Shown piece after piece: positions 14,003 through 26,194 of a stretch of 64,000 bases of DNA. How positions within the stretch are numbered: position 1 is the first letter of the stretch; every line of letters begins with the position of its first letter. The translations under genes were made by a program, and so were the position numbers. Source of the stretch: Felis catus (Eukaryota); contig NC_058368.1 in the NCBI RefSeq assembly GCF_018350175.1, forward strand, positions 136,650,001 through 136,714,000. The letters are read 5' to 3'. The notes beneath the pieces were generated by a model. That model did no database searches, had not been told where the DNA came from, and saw nothing but the letters and a program-made list of their open reading frames with translations.

Positions 14003-14665
14003 CATAGGGTGTCTGGCCTATGGTATTTGAACTATGATTTTTCTTTTTTTTTATTTATTTTTATTTTTTTGAGGATGATTAGCAAAGACTTTTATTTTAT
14101 TTTTTTATTAAATATAATTTATTGTCAAATTGGTTTCCATACAACACCCAGTGCTCATCCCAACAGGTGCCCTCAATGCCCATCACCTACTTTCCCCTCT
14201 CCCCTACCCCCCATCAACGAACTTAAGATTTTTCGATGTTACAATGACATGAAAGCAATACATAGTCAGTAGAAACTGTTTTTCCCACTTTGAATTTTGA
14301 TCTTTTCCCGGGCTAGCGATATGCAGTAGATACTCACTCATGATGCAGCGAGCTTCAGCTCCATCAGCCACACAAACACGACAGTAAACAACTAATACAC
14401 TGACAACCACTCTGTTTTTCACTTTCACTACAGTATCAACAAAGTACATGAGATGTTCAACACTTTATTATAAAATAGGCTTTGTGTTAGATGATTTTGC
14501 CCAACTGTAGGCTAATCTAAGTTTTTTGAGCAAGTTTAAGGCAGGCCAGGTGAAGCTGTGATGTTCCGTAGGGTAGGTGTGTTAAATGCTTTTTCAGATT
14601 GCAATATTTTCAACCTATGATGGGTTTTTAAGGACATAACCTCATCATAAGTCAAGGAAGACCTG
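14003..14665 (-). mobile_element. Tigger3/MER7-like DNA transposon, interrupted near one end by an L1 fragment
   Basis: ttcaacactttattataaaataggctttgtgttagatgattttgcccaactgtaggctaat...cataagtcaaggaagacctg matches the recalled Tigger3/MER7 consensus; TA precedes the left end. Confidence 0.8.
14044..14218 (-). mobile_element. 5'-truncated felid-type L1 3' end with two A-rich tails
   Basis: tttattgtcaaattggtttccatacaacacccagtgctcatcccaacaggtgccctcaatgcccatcacc is the reverse complement of the recalled cat L1 3' terminus. Confidence 0.8.
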
Positions 14666-16304
14666 CACCTTCCTCTCCATAACAGGAGATATATGGTTTT
14701 ATTTAACTCAAATTATAAGTTGGTGTATTTTGGCTATTTTTTGCAATCACATTTATAGTAAAACTTCATCTATGCAAAACTCAGTTATCCTGAAATCTCA
14801 GAGAAACAGGGGTGGCTCAGGATGAGAAACAAAACTGAAAGAGCCCCCTAGTTAACCAAATAAATTTTGGCAAATCCATGCACTAAAGCTCATGTACTTG
14901 ATTCAAGAGACAACTCAGAAGCTTCACTTCACTTAAAAGTTTTACCCTATTTCACTTAAATATTCTCAATTTACAGATTAAAAGATACATAAAAAAGGAG
15001 GAAGTTAGAGATATTTCTTCAAGGTCATAACATTAACATCATCAGTGAGTGGTAGCTGACAGCTCATCAGCAAGGAAGGAGGCAAATAAGCCAAGAATGA
15101 GTAAGTAAAATCCCCTATGTGAAGTAGATACTTGACAATTTATTGCAGGGACAATATCCCCAGAGCTGTCACTGTATTTCAGCCAGTGTTCATAATGATG
15201 ACCCTGAGTCATCAAAGAAAGTAAATTAGGTTCAGAACATTCTGTAAGAGGCGAGGAAACTGTTAGGCAAACAGAATTAAGTCATTCTGATTTATTCATT
15301 TATTTAGCAAATCTTTACTGCATACATTTATTCATGTGCCAGACACTGTGTAGGTCTTAGGGACACACAGATACTGAGACAGCAGTACCTGCTTTCAAGA
15401 AATTTATGTTCTAAGGCATAGTTTTCAAAGAGTGGTCAGGGAAGCCTTGAGGGTCTATGTCCTCCTTCCAGGGGATCTTCATGGTCAGACTCCTTTATTC
15501 ATAATACTAAGATGGCATTTGCTTGTTTCCCCACTGTGTTGCCATTTGCATTCATGGTACAAAGTAACGATGGATAAAACTTAGCATGAATTCCTTAGCA
15601 TTAATCAAGGCAGTGGCACCAAACAAACTAGTAGTCACTGCATTGGAAAAAAAAAAAAAAAAGCCAATTTGACAAAGCAGGAAAAATGATTAATGTTATT
15701 CAATTTCAACCTGAAGTACACATATTTTTAGTATTCTGTGTAATAAAACAGGTGCCCGTAAAGCACTTATGCTGCACACAGAAGTATGATGTTTGTCTAG
15801 AGGAAAAAGATTTGTGTGATTGAGTTGCAAGCTGAACTAGCCACTTTTTTCATGGAACGGTTTTTATTAAAAGAACGATTGACAAACAAACCGTGGTTGT
15901 TTGGCAGACATTTTCTCGAAAAAGAACAAAGTGAGCCTGTCCTTTCAAGGAAAACAACCGACAGTATTTATAGCCAACAACACAATTTGAGCTTTCAAAT
16001 GAAATAGAGCTTTGGAAAACAAGAGCTTGTAGCTTCCCAGTAATTAAAGACTGCTCTGATGAGAATGATAGTGATATTAAAAATTTATTTTTTGGTATAA
16101 TATAGTGAAATTGTCAAAATGGAATGATGTGTATAACTCAGTGAATTAATCTTTCCAAATTACCAAAATGTATAATGTCACAAAATCATGCATGGAGAAA
16201 AGATCCTTTCAAAGTGAAAAATAGACCAATGGATTATAATGTAACAAAATACACAAAGTTCACTGATTTGCTTTCAGATAACACATTGAAAGTGAACTTC
16301 AATG

Positions 16305-16421
16305 AATGCCTGTGTAGCTTAGTTAAGTGTCCAACTTCAGCTCAGGTCATGATCTTATGGTTCATGAGTTCAAGCCCCATGTCGGGCTCTGTGCTGACAG
16401 CTCAGAGCCTGGAGCTTGCTT

Positions 16422-16465
<44 letters not shown>

Positions 16466-16540
16466 CCTTCCCTGCTCGTGATCTGTCTCTGTTTCTCTCT
16501 CTTTCTCAAAAATAAACATTAACAAATTTTAAAAAATAAA
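16305..16540 (+). mobile_element. CanSINE inside Charlie1a
   Basis: SINE body with (CT)n; flanks gtgaacttcaatgaat and atgaactttaagaat. Confidence 0.85.
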
Positions 16541-16639
16541 GCAAATGAACTTTAAGAATCTACCACCTGTCAAGTTTTAGCATAATATTTAGAAGAATAT
16601 CCACAATGACCTTGAAAAGGCCATTACAATATTGCTCCT

Positions 16640-16830
16640 GGGGCACGCCGGCAGCTCAGTCTGTTGAACATATGATTCTTGATTTCAGCTCAGGTCATGA
16701 TCCCAGGGTCATGGGATCGAGCCCTGCATCAGGTTCTGTGCTGAGCGTGGAGCCTGCTTGACATTCTCTCTCTCTGCTTCTCTCCCTCGCTCATGCTCTC
16801 TATCTCTCTCTAAAATAAAATAATACTAAT
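16640..16830 (+). mobile_element. CanSINE inside Charlie1a
   Basis: ggggcacgccggcagctcagtctgttg head, CT tract, A-rich tail. Confidence 0.85.
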
Positions 16831-17601
16831 AAAACTAACCCTCCCTTCTCCAACTATGTGTGACACTGGACTTTCCTCATGTACTTCGACCCAAAACAAT
16901 TGATTGCAACATATTGAATGCAAAAGCAGGTATGAGAGTCCATTGTAAAAGATGTAAAACAATCCTACTTTTCTCTCTGAAATTTTTGTTTTGAAAAATA
17001 TAATAATTTTTATAAAAATACGTTCTTAGATATTGACATGTAATGCATTTATTATTGTTATTTTAAGTGAATCAATAAATAAGAATTTTAAGAGTTTCCT
17101 AATTTATAATAAATATCAGTGGATATTTATTACAATATACAGTATCAGTGGATATTATCTACACATATAAAAGGTCTTCAGCATCCTCGGTAATTTTTGA
17201 CAATATAAAACACCCCGAGACCAAAAAGTTTGAGAACCGCTGGTCTGAGAAGACACTGATCTATAAATAAGTAATTCTAACCTACTACATTAAGGGCTTT
17301 GATAGAAAGAAGTACAAGATAACAGGGGAGACTATAGACAGCATCTAGCTGTCTTGGAGAGTGATGGAAGTCTCCCTGGAGGAGGTTATCTCTAAGCTAG
17401 GACTTGATGGATGATAAGTTACCATGCTAAGAGGGGTAGGAAGTTCAAGACAGAGGAAGAACTTATATACAGTTCTAAAAGAAAGAGAGAGGGTGGTTCA
17501 TTTATGAAAATCAAAGTTGTTTGGTGGAGCTAGAGAATAGTTTGTGATAACATGGATTGTTCTATGTTCCCCAAGCCTTCTATTCTTTATAAATACTCTT
17601 T

Positions 17602-17768
17602 GGGGCACCTGGGTGGTTCAGTCAGTTAAGCGTCCGACTTCAGCTCAAGTCATGATCTCGTGGTTCGTGAGTTGGACCCCTGAATCAGGCTCCGTGCTGA
17701 TAACTAAGAGCCTGGAGCCTGCTTTAGATTCTGTGCCTCCCTTTCTCTCTGCCCCTCCCCCGCTTGCG

Positions 17769-17808
<40 letters not shown>

Positions 17809-17825
17809 AATAAATAAACATAAAA
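17602..17825 (+). mobile_element. CanSINE
   Basis: Full element; TSD aaatactct. Confidence 0.9.
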
Positions 17826-19235
17826 ATTTTTTTTTACAAATACTCTATTCCTCCCAGATCAGTTGTAGTTTATCTCATGGATTTATATCCGAGAGGATAT
17901 AAAATATTTGATAGGATTTTTCTCTAAAAGTGACATCGATTCCAACATAAACTTCTCCATGTCTTGGTAGTCTCTTTGTCATGTTTGCTATATGGCCATG
18001 GTTTCCTGCCTTTCCATCTCTGTTAATAGTTTTAATAGTGTCTTCCCACAACACTAAAGAAAGCCTTTAAATCATATACCCTGCAAACCTCCGCTAGGAG
18101 CTTGGTGTTGGCAGATGCCAAGGTAGGCATGTGTCCTGAAGGCCAGGCCAGGTAATCAGTAACTCTATGAGATATGTCCCTTCTCAAAGTCCCTAGTTGA
18201 TCCCATGGGTATTCATGAGCTGGAACAGAGCTTCTGAGAGTGATCTTTCTCTTGCTGGAAGGAGTTCAGAAGAAACAGAAGCAAATATTTCTGGCTTGGA
18301 GGTTAGGCCTAGTACAACTGGTATCTTGGAATAGAAAGCCACCCACAATCCCACCACTGCAGTCTTTGGATGGCAGGCTACTCTTATGTGTTATAGAATT
18401 AGGATTTGCTGTCAGGAGAAGGCTGTGGCATGCTCACATTGCTACATTTCACAAACCTTATCCAAGCGGCCTTCTTTAATTTGGAAATGTGTGTAGGGCA
18501 CTCCAGAGAATATTTTGCCAGGCATCACATCTATTATGTTTGTAAGTCTGCAGATACGTTGCTTTATCAGTATGTCTTTTGCATTATATGTTGTATGTTA
18601 TCTGTTATTTGTCTGGATCTTTTGGGGGCTCCTGAGAACTCTGAAGGACAAAATAATACAACCAGGGGTGGATTACACTTTGACATTTTTTTTTTTAACA
18701 GTATAGTATTCTTTAGGGCATTATCAAAAACAACAAAAATGCAGCAAAAATAGGTCAAAGCAGTAACACTAACTTAAGACTAAGATTGGCTTGTAACTAT
18801 GGATACCACCTATATCTCCCAAAATATTTTAAATAAATTAGACACTGTATCCCTAGCAACTGTCTGACACCAGTGTGTGTATCATAAATGGTACATGAGT
18901 AAATGAGTGGATGCCTGAACTCTAACACATAGAGATGACAGATATCCACAGCTTTCAAGTGAGGAAATAGGTGAGTGAGGTTGCCTGTCCAACACATACA
19001 GGTAAAGAACAACCTGACTATAGACTCACTTCATCAACCTCTACACCAAACTTTAATACCATATAAATAAAGTGTGGGGAGATCATTTATATTTAGGTAG
19101 TGTGACAGCTTCCCATCAGATGTGTTGATTAAATATTTAGTAATTATTTGCTGGATGAGAAGAAGTCAGACCCACAAATATTAGTCTAACTTCCTTGCTG
19201 TCAATAATCACTTACTGTGGGTTGGGTGGGTGGGA

Positions 19236-19430
19236 GGGGGCTCCTGGGTGGCTCAGTTGGTTAAGCATCTGATTTCAGCCTAGGTCATGATCTCACGGTT
19301 CATGGGTTTGAGCCCCGTGTCAGGCTCTGTACTGACAGCATGAAGCCTGTTTGTGATTCTCTCTCTCCTTCTCTCTCTGCCCCTCCCATGCTCTCTCTCT
19401 CTCCCAAAATAAATAAATAAACTTTAAAAA
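19236..19430 (+). mobile_element. CanSINE
   Basis: Full element; flanks aatcacttactgtg and aatcacttagtg. Confidence 0.85.
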
Positions 19431-19768
19431 ATCACTTAGTGGGATCACCTCACTGGTGGCAGCGAGGGGAGCGGTGGTTCAAACTCTTGGGGGAAATCAT
19501 GAATGGCTCAGACGAGCACAGTGGCTTTCATGCTAAAATGAACACCCTAAGTAGCACCCCCTTCCACACCATGTGCCCCTGTTTCACGCTGCTGTCATGA
19601 TTACAGTAAATGCTTTTCCAGATCATATCAGAACGTTCTTTAGTGATTACCCTTTGCTTTGGTTTGGTTTGTTTTTAATCCTGGTGATTAATATATTTTG
19701 AAGTTTCAAATGCTCAATAGGCAGTCGATTTTTATATTTACCACAGGAGGGCATGAGGTTTAAAAGGT

Positions 19769-19970
19769 TGGTGGTGTTTCCTCACGGATGTAATAGTATC
19801 TGTTAGTGCTAATCATAATGACCTTCCTGGACTGGCTTTGCATTCTGGGAAATAGAAGCATGAGGATTCAGAGAAACAATGTTTCTGAAGCCTGCTACAC
19901 ATTCGAAGGTAGTTCAAATGCCTGTTCTGATTCTGGTCATCATCCCACACTCTTTTACTGTCAGTCAAAC
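19769..19970 (+). repeat. Donor copy of a 202-bp local direct duplication
   Basis: 194/202 identical, ungapped, to 21334-21535 (offset 1565). Confidence 0.95.
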
Positions 19971-20903
19971 TTTTCTCACATCATGTCCTCTAGTATGGCC
20001 AGCTTCTCACTCCCTGCTGTGGATGGAGGAACAGTGGTTCAAGGGCATTCAAGATGCTGCTTCATTCCACGTGGAATCTGTGCCACTTCCCAGTTCTTTC
20101 AGGGCATTCTGTCCCATGAAGCTTCCTTTAGCCTCTTCTAAAGAGTGTCTAAAATGCCGTTTCTCCACGTTCCCTGATTTTTTACATCTGCACGCTCCCC
20201 TCTGGAAAGTAAGCTCTATGAGAGTGGGGACCAAGCTTGTTTCTCCCATTATTGTAATTTCAGGAACACAACAATATCTGGTACATGGCAGATGCTTATT
20301 TAAGATGTGTGGATTAAATGAATGTATGAGTGACAAAATAAACGACTCTCCCCTTGTCTCCTGGTATCACAACTTGAAATTCCTGTTATTTGTATATGAT
20401 CACCCTTTTTTCCTATTGCTTTTAAAAAGTTCTCTCTCTCTCACAGGAAGATTCCATCCCTGAAGTAGCTAATGCATAAACAACTGTGGAATTCTAAACA
20501 AAACCAAGAGTTTTTCAGAAATGGCAAAACTTAAGATGCCATCTAATGGGAAATCAGATACTTGCTGACCATAGGATTCGAGGGAAGTTGCCCGCAATTT
20601 TCTAAAGGGCAGCTTTGATGTTATTGCTAATTTAAATCCCAGTGGATTTCAGATATTCTTGCCCAGAGGGGCAGTACTGTGTACCCTGACTGTGCTCTTG
20701 AGAAGCACAAAGATGAGAAAACGCTGAATCAGGGAGCTTCGCAGGCAGTCTGTTCTCACTTGTCCTCATAACCCTGCCCATTATGGGGGGGGGGGGCAGG
20801 GCAAGAATTGGGGCACAGCCATCTCTGAGGCCAGGCTATCTGGGAGCTTTTCAGAAGGAATCACACAAGGAATTCTATCTCCTAAAGCCACTAACAACCT
20901 ACC

Positions 20904-21623
20904 TATGTCGGTTTCCTCTGCTGTTGTAACAAACTGCCACAACTTTAGTGCTTTAAAACAGCACAGATTTATTATTTGACAGGTCTAGGGGTTCCAAGTC
21001 CTAGAGTTTGGACCAAACCAGCAGAGTTTGGTTCCTTCTGGAGGTTCTAGGGGAGAATCCGTCTCCTTGCCTTTTCCAGCGTTGAGAGACCACCCACATT
21101 CCTTGGCTTGTGGCCCCTTCTCCATCTTCAAAGCTAGCTGTGTATCTTCAGATCGCCAACTCTGTCCGTCACACTCACCACATCTCTCTTACACCTGCAC
21201 ATCTCCTTCTCTAACTCAGACACTCCTCTATCCCTCTTAGGAGGACCTTTGGGGTTACTTTGGGCCTCTCCAGATAATCCAGAATAATCTCCCCATCTCA
21301 AAATCCTTATTAATCATATCTGCAAAGATATTATGGTGGTGTTTCCTCAAGGTTGTAATAGTATCTGTTAGTGCTAATCATAATGACCTTCCTGGACTGG
21401 CTTTGCATTCTGGGAAATGGAAGCATGAGGATTCAGAGAGACAATGTTTCTGAAGCCTGCTACACATTGGCAGGTAGTACAAATGGCTGTTCTGATTCTG
21501 GTCATCATCCCACACTCTTTTACTGTCAGTCAAACCTCTTTCCTGTCAGGTAAAGTAACATATTCATGAATTCCAAGGATTATGGCATGAATGCCTCTGG
21601 GAGCCATTATTCTGCCCACAATA
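20904..21623 (-). mobile_element. MLT1C-like MaLR solo LTR interrupted by the 202-bp insertion
   Basis: gtttcctctgctgttgtaacaaactgccacaactttagtgctttaaaacagcacagatttatt...ggttccttctggaggttctaggggagaatcc...taatctccccatctcaaaatcct...gtaacatattca...gccattattctgcccaca. Confidence 0.85.
21334..21535 (+). repeat. Derived copy of the 202-bp duplication, inserted in an MLT1 LTR
   Basis: Same alignment; LTR sequence on both sides. Confidence 0.95.
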
Positions 21624-23526
21624 ATGGCCTCATAAAGTGGCCTTGAGGTCCTCCCTTCTTCCAGTGCCAAGAACATTCCCAGGCTGCTGAAGGCTTCTGT
21701 ATCACTTCCTCCTTCTGAATTTTCCTTGGTCATCCCAGCTGGATGCACCTGCTTCTTTGTCCATACTCCTTTGAGCAAACTGGACACACTGAGGGCATTC
21801 CTTTCTGCTGCCTTACACCATAGTTGTATGTGCATACGTTACTTCCCTGAACAACCTGAGCCGGGAGCCAACTCTGTGCCCTCTGGGGACTCAGAACAGT
21901 GTGGCAGATTGCAAGGACTCAGTTGTTGCCGCTAGCTCTCAGCAGATGCCATGTGAGCCACTTCTCCCTGGGCCTGGTGCCTTCCAGATGTTTCTCCCAG
22001 AGTACCAGACAGAATCCCTTACCCCTACCCTAGAGCACCATTGCTATCAAGTGACAGCTTCCCTGTCTATGAACTGATTGGACTCCACAGTCACTGTCTG
22101 CTTAGAATACATCGTCCCTGGGGGCTGCTGGTGGCCTGGGAAGGGAAACTGCATTCACGTCTCCAGCTTTCCACCTTGTGCGAGCCAGGCCTATTATTGC
22201 TTTGCCATTTGCCATGGCGGTGGCTGCTCGTCTGCAGGGCTGACTGAGAAGCTCTGTCTCCAAGCAGGTTTGACTATTTCCAGTATAATTCTCTTCCCCT
22301 CAGGATGCCATCCTCTACATGTGTTGGAGTGACTCACTTGGCACCTGCCCTTGGTAAGAGCTTGCGCTTGGTGAAAAGGCATTAGCCGAGGATGTCCAAA
22401 TCTCATTTTCAGCCAGGACCTGGGAAGGCCTCGCCTTAACCCAGAAGAACTCTTACCTCCCCAGCAGTCAAGAAATGCAGAAGTAAGAGGTGTTGAATTG
22501 CCAGACATTAGGTGAAGCTTGGAGCTGGGTTGAAGTGGATTAAAGGGCAGGATGGGTTAGGGAATAAAAGCATGAAATCAAAGTTTCTGCTCTGACACAT
22601 TTCACTATCAATTGGGGAGAAAGATGAGTTACCAAGTCATTACAAAATCCTGTGAAATCTTCTATCAGCAAAGCGCTCTGAAGCTGGGGGAAAAAGTGGT
22701 TTAGATCTCACAGTTTTCATCCGGATAAATCCAAAATATTAAACATGGAGTCTTACAAAAACTAGAGAAGTCCTGGGAGAATTTTTCTTACATAATCTCA
22801 CAATGGCAAAGACCTTTCTAAACTATAACATAAGACTCATAAGCTGCTAATGAAAGACTAGTTACATTTAATGACAAAATAAAATATTCTCCACAGCAAA
22901 ATCTTTAATACATAAAATTAAAAAACAACTGGCAAACTGAGAAAAAGTATTTGTAAGTCATATTACAGAACGAGACTAAGTTCTCTAATGTATGAAGGAT
23001 ATATATGAATCAGTAAGAAAACAGTAGACATCCCGAAAGAAAAATGGGCAAAGGGTATAAGGAGACCATTCAAAGAAAAGGAAATGCAGATGGCCCTTAC
23101 ACATAAGAAAAGATGGTCTATGCCACTTATAATCACAGAAATGCAACTAAAATTACAGAGAGATATACTTTTTGGCCTAAAAATTGGCAAATATAAAAAA
23201 GTTTAAAAACACTTATATCGTGAGGAATCAGCAGACCATTCATAACAAGTACCCATTGGTACGACACCAACAGAGGGCAAATTTTCAGCATCTATCAAAA
23301 TCATAGACATGCATATCCTATGACTCAGCACTTTGCTAGGAAATTAGCCTATGGATAGTCTCTGGTCTATGGAAAATGACATCTACAGAACTTCATTTGC
23401 TGCAGCACTTTTATATTATCAAAAGATTGAAGTAATCCTCAATAGATGAATGATAAAAACAGTAGAGTGATAAATTACGATATTCACACACAATGGTATT
23501 CTACACTTTGGTCAAAAGGAATGGAG

Positions 23527-23765
23527 GGGGAATGCCTGGGTGACTCAGTCGGTTAAGCGTCTGACTCTCGATCTTGGCTCAGGTCACAATCTCACAGTTT
23601 GTGAGATTGAGACCCTCATCGGGCTCTGCACTGACAGCTCAGAGCCTGTTTGGGATTCTCTCTCTCCCTCTCTCTGTGCCCCTCCCCTGCTCGTGCACAC
23701 ATACTCTCTCTCTCTGTCTCTCAACATAAATAAATAAACATTGTTTTAAAATGTTAAAAAAAAGG
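23527..23765 (+). mobile_element. CanSINE
   Basis: Full element; TSD aaaaggaatgg. Confidence 0.9.
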
Positions 23766-24854
23766 AATGGGGATGTGCTTTGTGACAATTACATAAATAT
23801 TTCAAAGATATGCTAAGTGACCAAAGCAAGGCACAGAACAGTGTGTTCAGTGAGCTGCATTTTAGCATAAAAGGAGGGAGGACTAAGGCACTCGCTGTTT
23901 TCAAGAATAAGCTCAGTATAAGTTTTACTGGCTGTTTTGCTTATGTTATTCCCTTCGTGTGGACTGTCCTTTCTCCATCTCTGCCTATGGAAAAATATTA
24001 TTCTTCCAGGACAACTTTAAATACTTCTTCCTTTATGAACCTTTATTGATCTCCTGAGTTAAGTACTCTCTTGATTGAACGAAAGTATAAAATTTTCAAG
24101 AGAATGGTTTCAAGGTTTGGAGTGAGGGATCCTTCCTAAGCAAGACACCCCCCCAAAATTTATAAAGGAAGAAGACTGACTTAATTCTATAAGAAATTTA
24201 ATATTTTATATGGTCAAAGACATCATAAATGGACTTACCAAAAATCTAACAGACTGAGCATCAGATACTGATGACAAAGGCATCCAGATTATATAAATCG
24301 CTCCTACAAACCAACAAAGACAAAACCATCAGTCCAATAGGAAATAACAGGGCATATTTTAAGGAAAAATGCAGTTAGTTGAAAAAAAAGACAAGCAAAT
24401 AAAAAATATTCTACTTTAAATAAATATTTATCTCCTTTAGCTGAGTAAAAAAAGATGTATACTATGGTGTGGGGAAACACAGTCAAGGATGTGGTGGGAG
24501 TATATAAATCATTAAATTCTCTTTGTAGAGTAATTTGGCAGGAGTCATTAAATGTTAAAAATATGTATCACCTTCAACCCATCTATTGGACTTAGGCCTC
24601 TGTGGTGAGAGATACATGTATGCACATAGAGGTACTTAAAAGCATCATCTTTGTAACATAATTTATAATGGGAAAAAAACAAAGATCTCCTAAGGATCAC
24701 CAATAGGGGAAAGCATGCATGAACCAAAATAAATTCATTCTATGGTTACTGCTTAATAATTTAAAAAATGAAGTAGAGTTCTTCATAGTTGCATGAAAAG
24801 AGCTCCAAAGGGAAAATGCCACTGAAGTACAATATGTAAAATACTATTCTGCTT

Positions 24855-25109
24855 ATGGCCCTATAACGAGGCCCACGTGGTAAGAAAGCGAGGCCAGCCT
24901 AGAGCCACTGAGGAACGGAATCCTGCCAACACCCACGTGCCTAAGCCCAGAAGCAAATCCTTCTCCGGTCAGGCCTTCAGATGCTCACAGCCCCAGCCAA
25001 CACTTGGCAGGCCTGTGAGCGACCCTGAAGCAGGGAGCTCATCTAAGCTGTATCTGGACTCCTGACCTACAGAGACTGAGATAATCAATATTGTTTTGAG
25101 CCAACAAAA
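24855..25109 (+). mobile_element. MLT1E/F-like LTR 3' fragment with a long L1-type TSD
   Basis: gaggcccacgtgg...aatcctgccaac...gaccctga...cctgacctacagagactgagataatcaatattgttttgagcca; flanks taaaatactattctgctt and taaaatattattctgttt. Confidence 0.75.
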
Positions 25110-26194
25110 TAAAATATTATTCTGTTTTTGGGGGAAAAGCTATATATATGAACATATATATGCATGTAGGGGGATAGGTATGTGTCTGTGCATATACAAA
25201 GAATATATATACCTGTATGTATACACACATATATAAACAAAAGTGTGGGTGTGTATGTTTATATAATGTACACATACATTATATACGCATACACACACAC
25301 ATTTTAGCTTAATAACTGTCATTACTTCTAGGGAGGGGAGTAGAATTAGTGGTGGGGAGGGACGGACTTTAATTTTGTGCTCTATATGTTTATAAGGCTT
25401 TGTTTTGTTTGTTGCTGAAAGCTCGTGATGAGAAGGACCCAGTTCCTACAACTTGGAGAAGGGATTTGATCTCAGTTAATTGGCCTCCCAGTGTGATAGT
25501 TTTTCCACTGTTCCACCAAAAGAAAAGAAGAAGAGGCACATTCTGAGTCAAGAATGATTAAATAGAAATAAGTATGAGGCATTTTCCTGTGGCTATGAAG
25601 GACACCACTGAATTTTCTGATACTTCCCTCTTACAACCAACTTGAAGAGCCATTATTGAGAGTGAGACCCATTTATTTTATAGGCATGGAGAATAGCTTG
25701 GACCTACCATGACATGGCACATGGATCATACTTTTAAAATCTTCTCAAATACCCTGTATCTTATAAATCGTTGCCCTAAGTTTTCTTTTTCTTTTTTCTT
25801 TTCCTCAGACTGTTAATTTTTCTACAGGGAACTTAAAATTTGGAAAGAAAGGCCTAACCAAGACTGAGTAAATAAAGACTGTTTCTTAACCCTTAAATGA
25901 CATATTGCCTTATATTGCATTCTAGAGTCACTTTAATTTCAAACAGTAACATGATATCAGAGTCTCATTTGACGTGAAATTTACTCTTTTAGGTCCTTCT
26001 CTCTTATTCCTCTTCCCAACCAATAATTTGCTGTGTTTGGCTTCCTTTAATTTGCCTTAATTCCTATAGCATGGAGGAAGAGGGTTATATAGGGACGGTG
26101 ATGGTCTTTGAAACCCAACACACCTGAGTTTTCATAGGTTTTCTGTGATTTAGAGAAGATCGTCTAACTTTTCTGCATGTCAGTTTTTCATCTG

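Larger units (their letters stand above)
15417..17242 (+). mobile_element. Charlie1a-like hAT DNA transposon with transposase remnants, carrying two CanSINEs
   Basis: Ends catagttttcaaagagtggtc and gagaccaaaaagtttgagaaccgctg; ORF 15816-16007 IELQAELATFFMERFLLKERLTNKPWLF resembles Charlie/Buster transposase; degenerate 8-bp NTCTAGAN-like flanks. Confidence 0.85.
15288..17550 (-). mobile_element. L2 fragment split by the Charlie insertion (pieces ~15288-15416 and ~17243-17550)
   Basis: attcatttatttagcaaatctttactg...tgtgccagacactgtg is the L2 3' end in reverse; L2-like sequence resumes after 17242. Confidence 0.6.
22760..25400 (+). mobile_element. Cluster of old L1M/L1ME fragments (ORF2 C-terminus and 3'UTR) interrupted by younger insertions
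   Basis: A-rich + strand with gaaaaatgggcaaagggtataaggagaccattc...aaatgcagatggcc, a typical L1M ORF2 remnant. Confidence 0.65.

Noticed and set aside
19806..21553. Near-identical peptides MLIIMTFLDWLCILGN... suggesting a duplicated small gene
   Set aside because: By-product of the 202-bp DNA duplication; GTG starts and frames diverge outside the duplicated block
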